Below are positions 18,446-20,000 of a DNA stretch of 20,000 nucleotides, piece by piece (position 1 is the stretch's first letter; each line of letters starts with the position of its first letter). Source of the stretch: Chrysochromulina tobinii (lineage: Eukaryota); the NCBI GenBank assembly GCA_001275005.1, contig JWZX01003313.1, positions 46,309 through 66,308 on the forward strand, given 5' to 3'. The position numbers and the translations under genes were made by a program. Below the pieces are notes generated by a model. It was given only the letters and a program-made list of their open reading frames with translations, did no database searches and was not told the origin of the DNA.

Positions 18446-20000
18446 TCATGCGAACCTCGCCGACCGTCGGGATCTAAAGACTTCTATTTGTCTCCTCGAG
18501 AGCCTCTTGCCTGTGGAAGGCGCGCCGGCCGCGAGCACGTCGTCCTCAACCGTCCGGATCATGATCGTGATCAGATGGTGCACCGCCTGCCAGATGGGCT
18601 GCTCAAGCGTCGTGTTCCACGCTTGCTGCCGCTCCATGCACCACGAGCGGTACTCACCGGAGCGCCGAAGCGCGAGCACCAGCTCACCGCCATCGGCTAC
18701 GCCGGCCGCCCCGACCTCGACGTCCGTCGGCACGCGCTTCATTGTGGCCAGGCGCACCTGATGAGGGAGGCCATCAGTGGTCATCAAAGGCAATCAGATG
18801 AGGGGCGCTTCATCGTGGCCAGGCGCACGAGGCATTCGTAAAAGTCCTCGATGCGCAAGTTGCACATGGCGCGCCGCTGTGCCGCGTCCGACTCGTCCGC
18901 CACCCGCATGCGCGACCAGAGGAAGCACAGCCGCGCCTCACGCAGCGTAAACTCGTCATCGATGAGCTCCAGGTCATCACACAAGCTCAGCCACTCTTCG
19001 ATGCCGAGCTTTTTGCTGTCGGCGGTTACGTCTTTCAGATCGTGCTTGCCGTCGGAGTAGATTGCGTAGAGCAGCTCGAGCGTCTCCATGAAGGCGGAGA
19101 GCACTTCGTCCGTCTCGCGAATGTAGACCATCTGTGAGCGGAAGTCATTGGAGACTTGCAGGGCTGCCGGATCGACGCGCGGCGCGATGACGTTGGTGAC
19201 CAGCTCACGAATGGCCAACGAGAGGTCGGAGTGCAGCGGCGGCAGGCCGCGCTTGCGCGGCTTGATGTAGCGCGCCGCTGCAATGCGCACGAGGACCTGC
19301 AAGAACTCCTGTCGAGAAAGCGCGTGCTTGCTGTTGAAGCTCTCCTTGATCTTTTGGCCCGAGTCCACCGCAATGAAGATTTGCTCGAGATGAGGCTTGG
19401 CGCAGTCAGTCGAGTCGGGAACCGCTAATTCGCACTCGATGATAAACGTGTTGAACTCGTTGATTCCTATGCTGTACACATCCAAATCTGACGTCGCCGA
19501 CGCGTAATAGTAGAACACGGACAGGATGAGCCCATAGAATTCGCGCATCACCCCCTTGACACGTGCGACCGCGCCTTCGGGGTCCACCTTGCCCGACGCG
19601 TCGTTCTTGGCGATGAAGACCTCGAGGTTGTTCTGCTTGGCCCAGCGCCAGTCGGCCTCGAGCCCATCGACCAGAGTCTCGTCCGTGTCGAAGAGGCCAT
19701 GGCCACCCGCTGCCAGCCGGGGGCCGAAGATCTTGGATTGCTTGAGCCAAGCATTGGGGTCCTCACGGGCCTCGACGACGAGCTTGGCGCCCTTGCCGCT
19801 GCCACCACTGCCGCCGCCACCACTGCCGCCGACGCCGCCGCTTTTGTCTATGCGTTTGCCGCCCACACCAGAGCCTCCTGAGGCCGCATTGTGTGTCGCC
19901 AGCTGGCGCTCGAGTGCCACCATCTCCCGCCTCTCCTCCTCTGTCAGCTCGCCCGCCGCCGCACGTCGCTTAAGGTCAGCCAGCCGCGCCTCTGCCACGT
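18446..20000 (-). CDS. Uncharacterised protein with degenerate EF-hand-like helical repeats; 5'-partial; exons 18829..>20000 and 18446..18757
   Basis: Long open frame with SIGINEFNTFI, ALSRQEFLQVLVRIA, KLGIEEWLSLC, LRIEDFYECLVRLA. Splicing 18828-18758 joins ECL|VRLATMKRVPTD in frame. Confidence 0.75.
18758..18828 (-). other. 71-nt phase-0 intron: 24-nt duplicate of the downstream exon start plus a 47-nt repeat core ending CTCATCAG
   Basis: GTGCGCCTGGCCACGATGAAGCGC (18828-18805) versus GTGCGCCTGGCCACAATGAAGCGC (18757-18734), 23/24 identical. The unspliced frame hits TGA at 18784. Confidence 0.85.

Overview
GC-rich, gene-dense eukaryotic DNA that looks like a haptophyte alga (Chrysochromulina/Prymnesiales-like; inferred from composition and gene content). 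In order it carries: a 4xEF-hand protein that is missing from the ORF track and runs off the left edge; a protein with a YOD1/OTU1-type ubiquitin-like N-terminus; an NCX-type Na+/Ca2+ exchanger with two Calx-beta domains; a small membrane protein whose N-terminus is paralogous to that of the NCX; a concentrative nucleoside transporter (CNT) with a ~400-aa insertion containing a SAM domain; three adjacent class I methyltransferases; a frameshifted TraB pseudogene; a Myb + zinc-knuckle protein; adenosine deaminase; and a degenerate EF-hand-like protein that runs off the right edge. The most notable signal is that the only two well-supported introns, in two unrelated neighbouring genes, share a 40-nt core made of 10-nt repeats (CTGAT...CTCATCAG). 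In both, the GT donor lies in a duplicate of the downstream exon start (8 and 24 nt). This is a candidate intron-generating (introner-like) system with variable-length target-site duplications.
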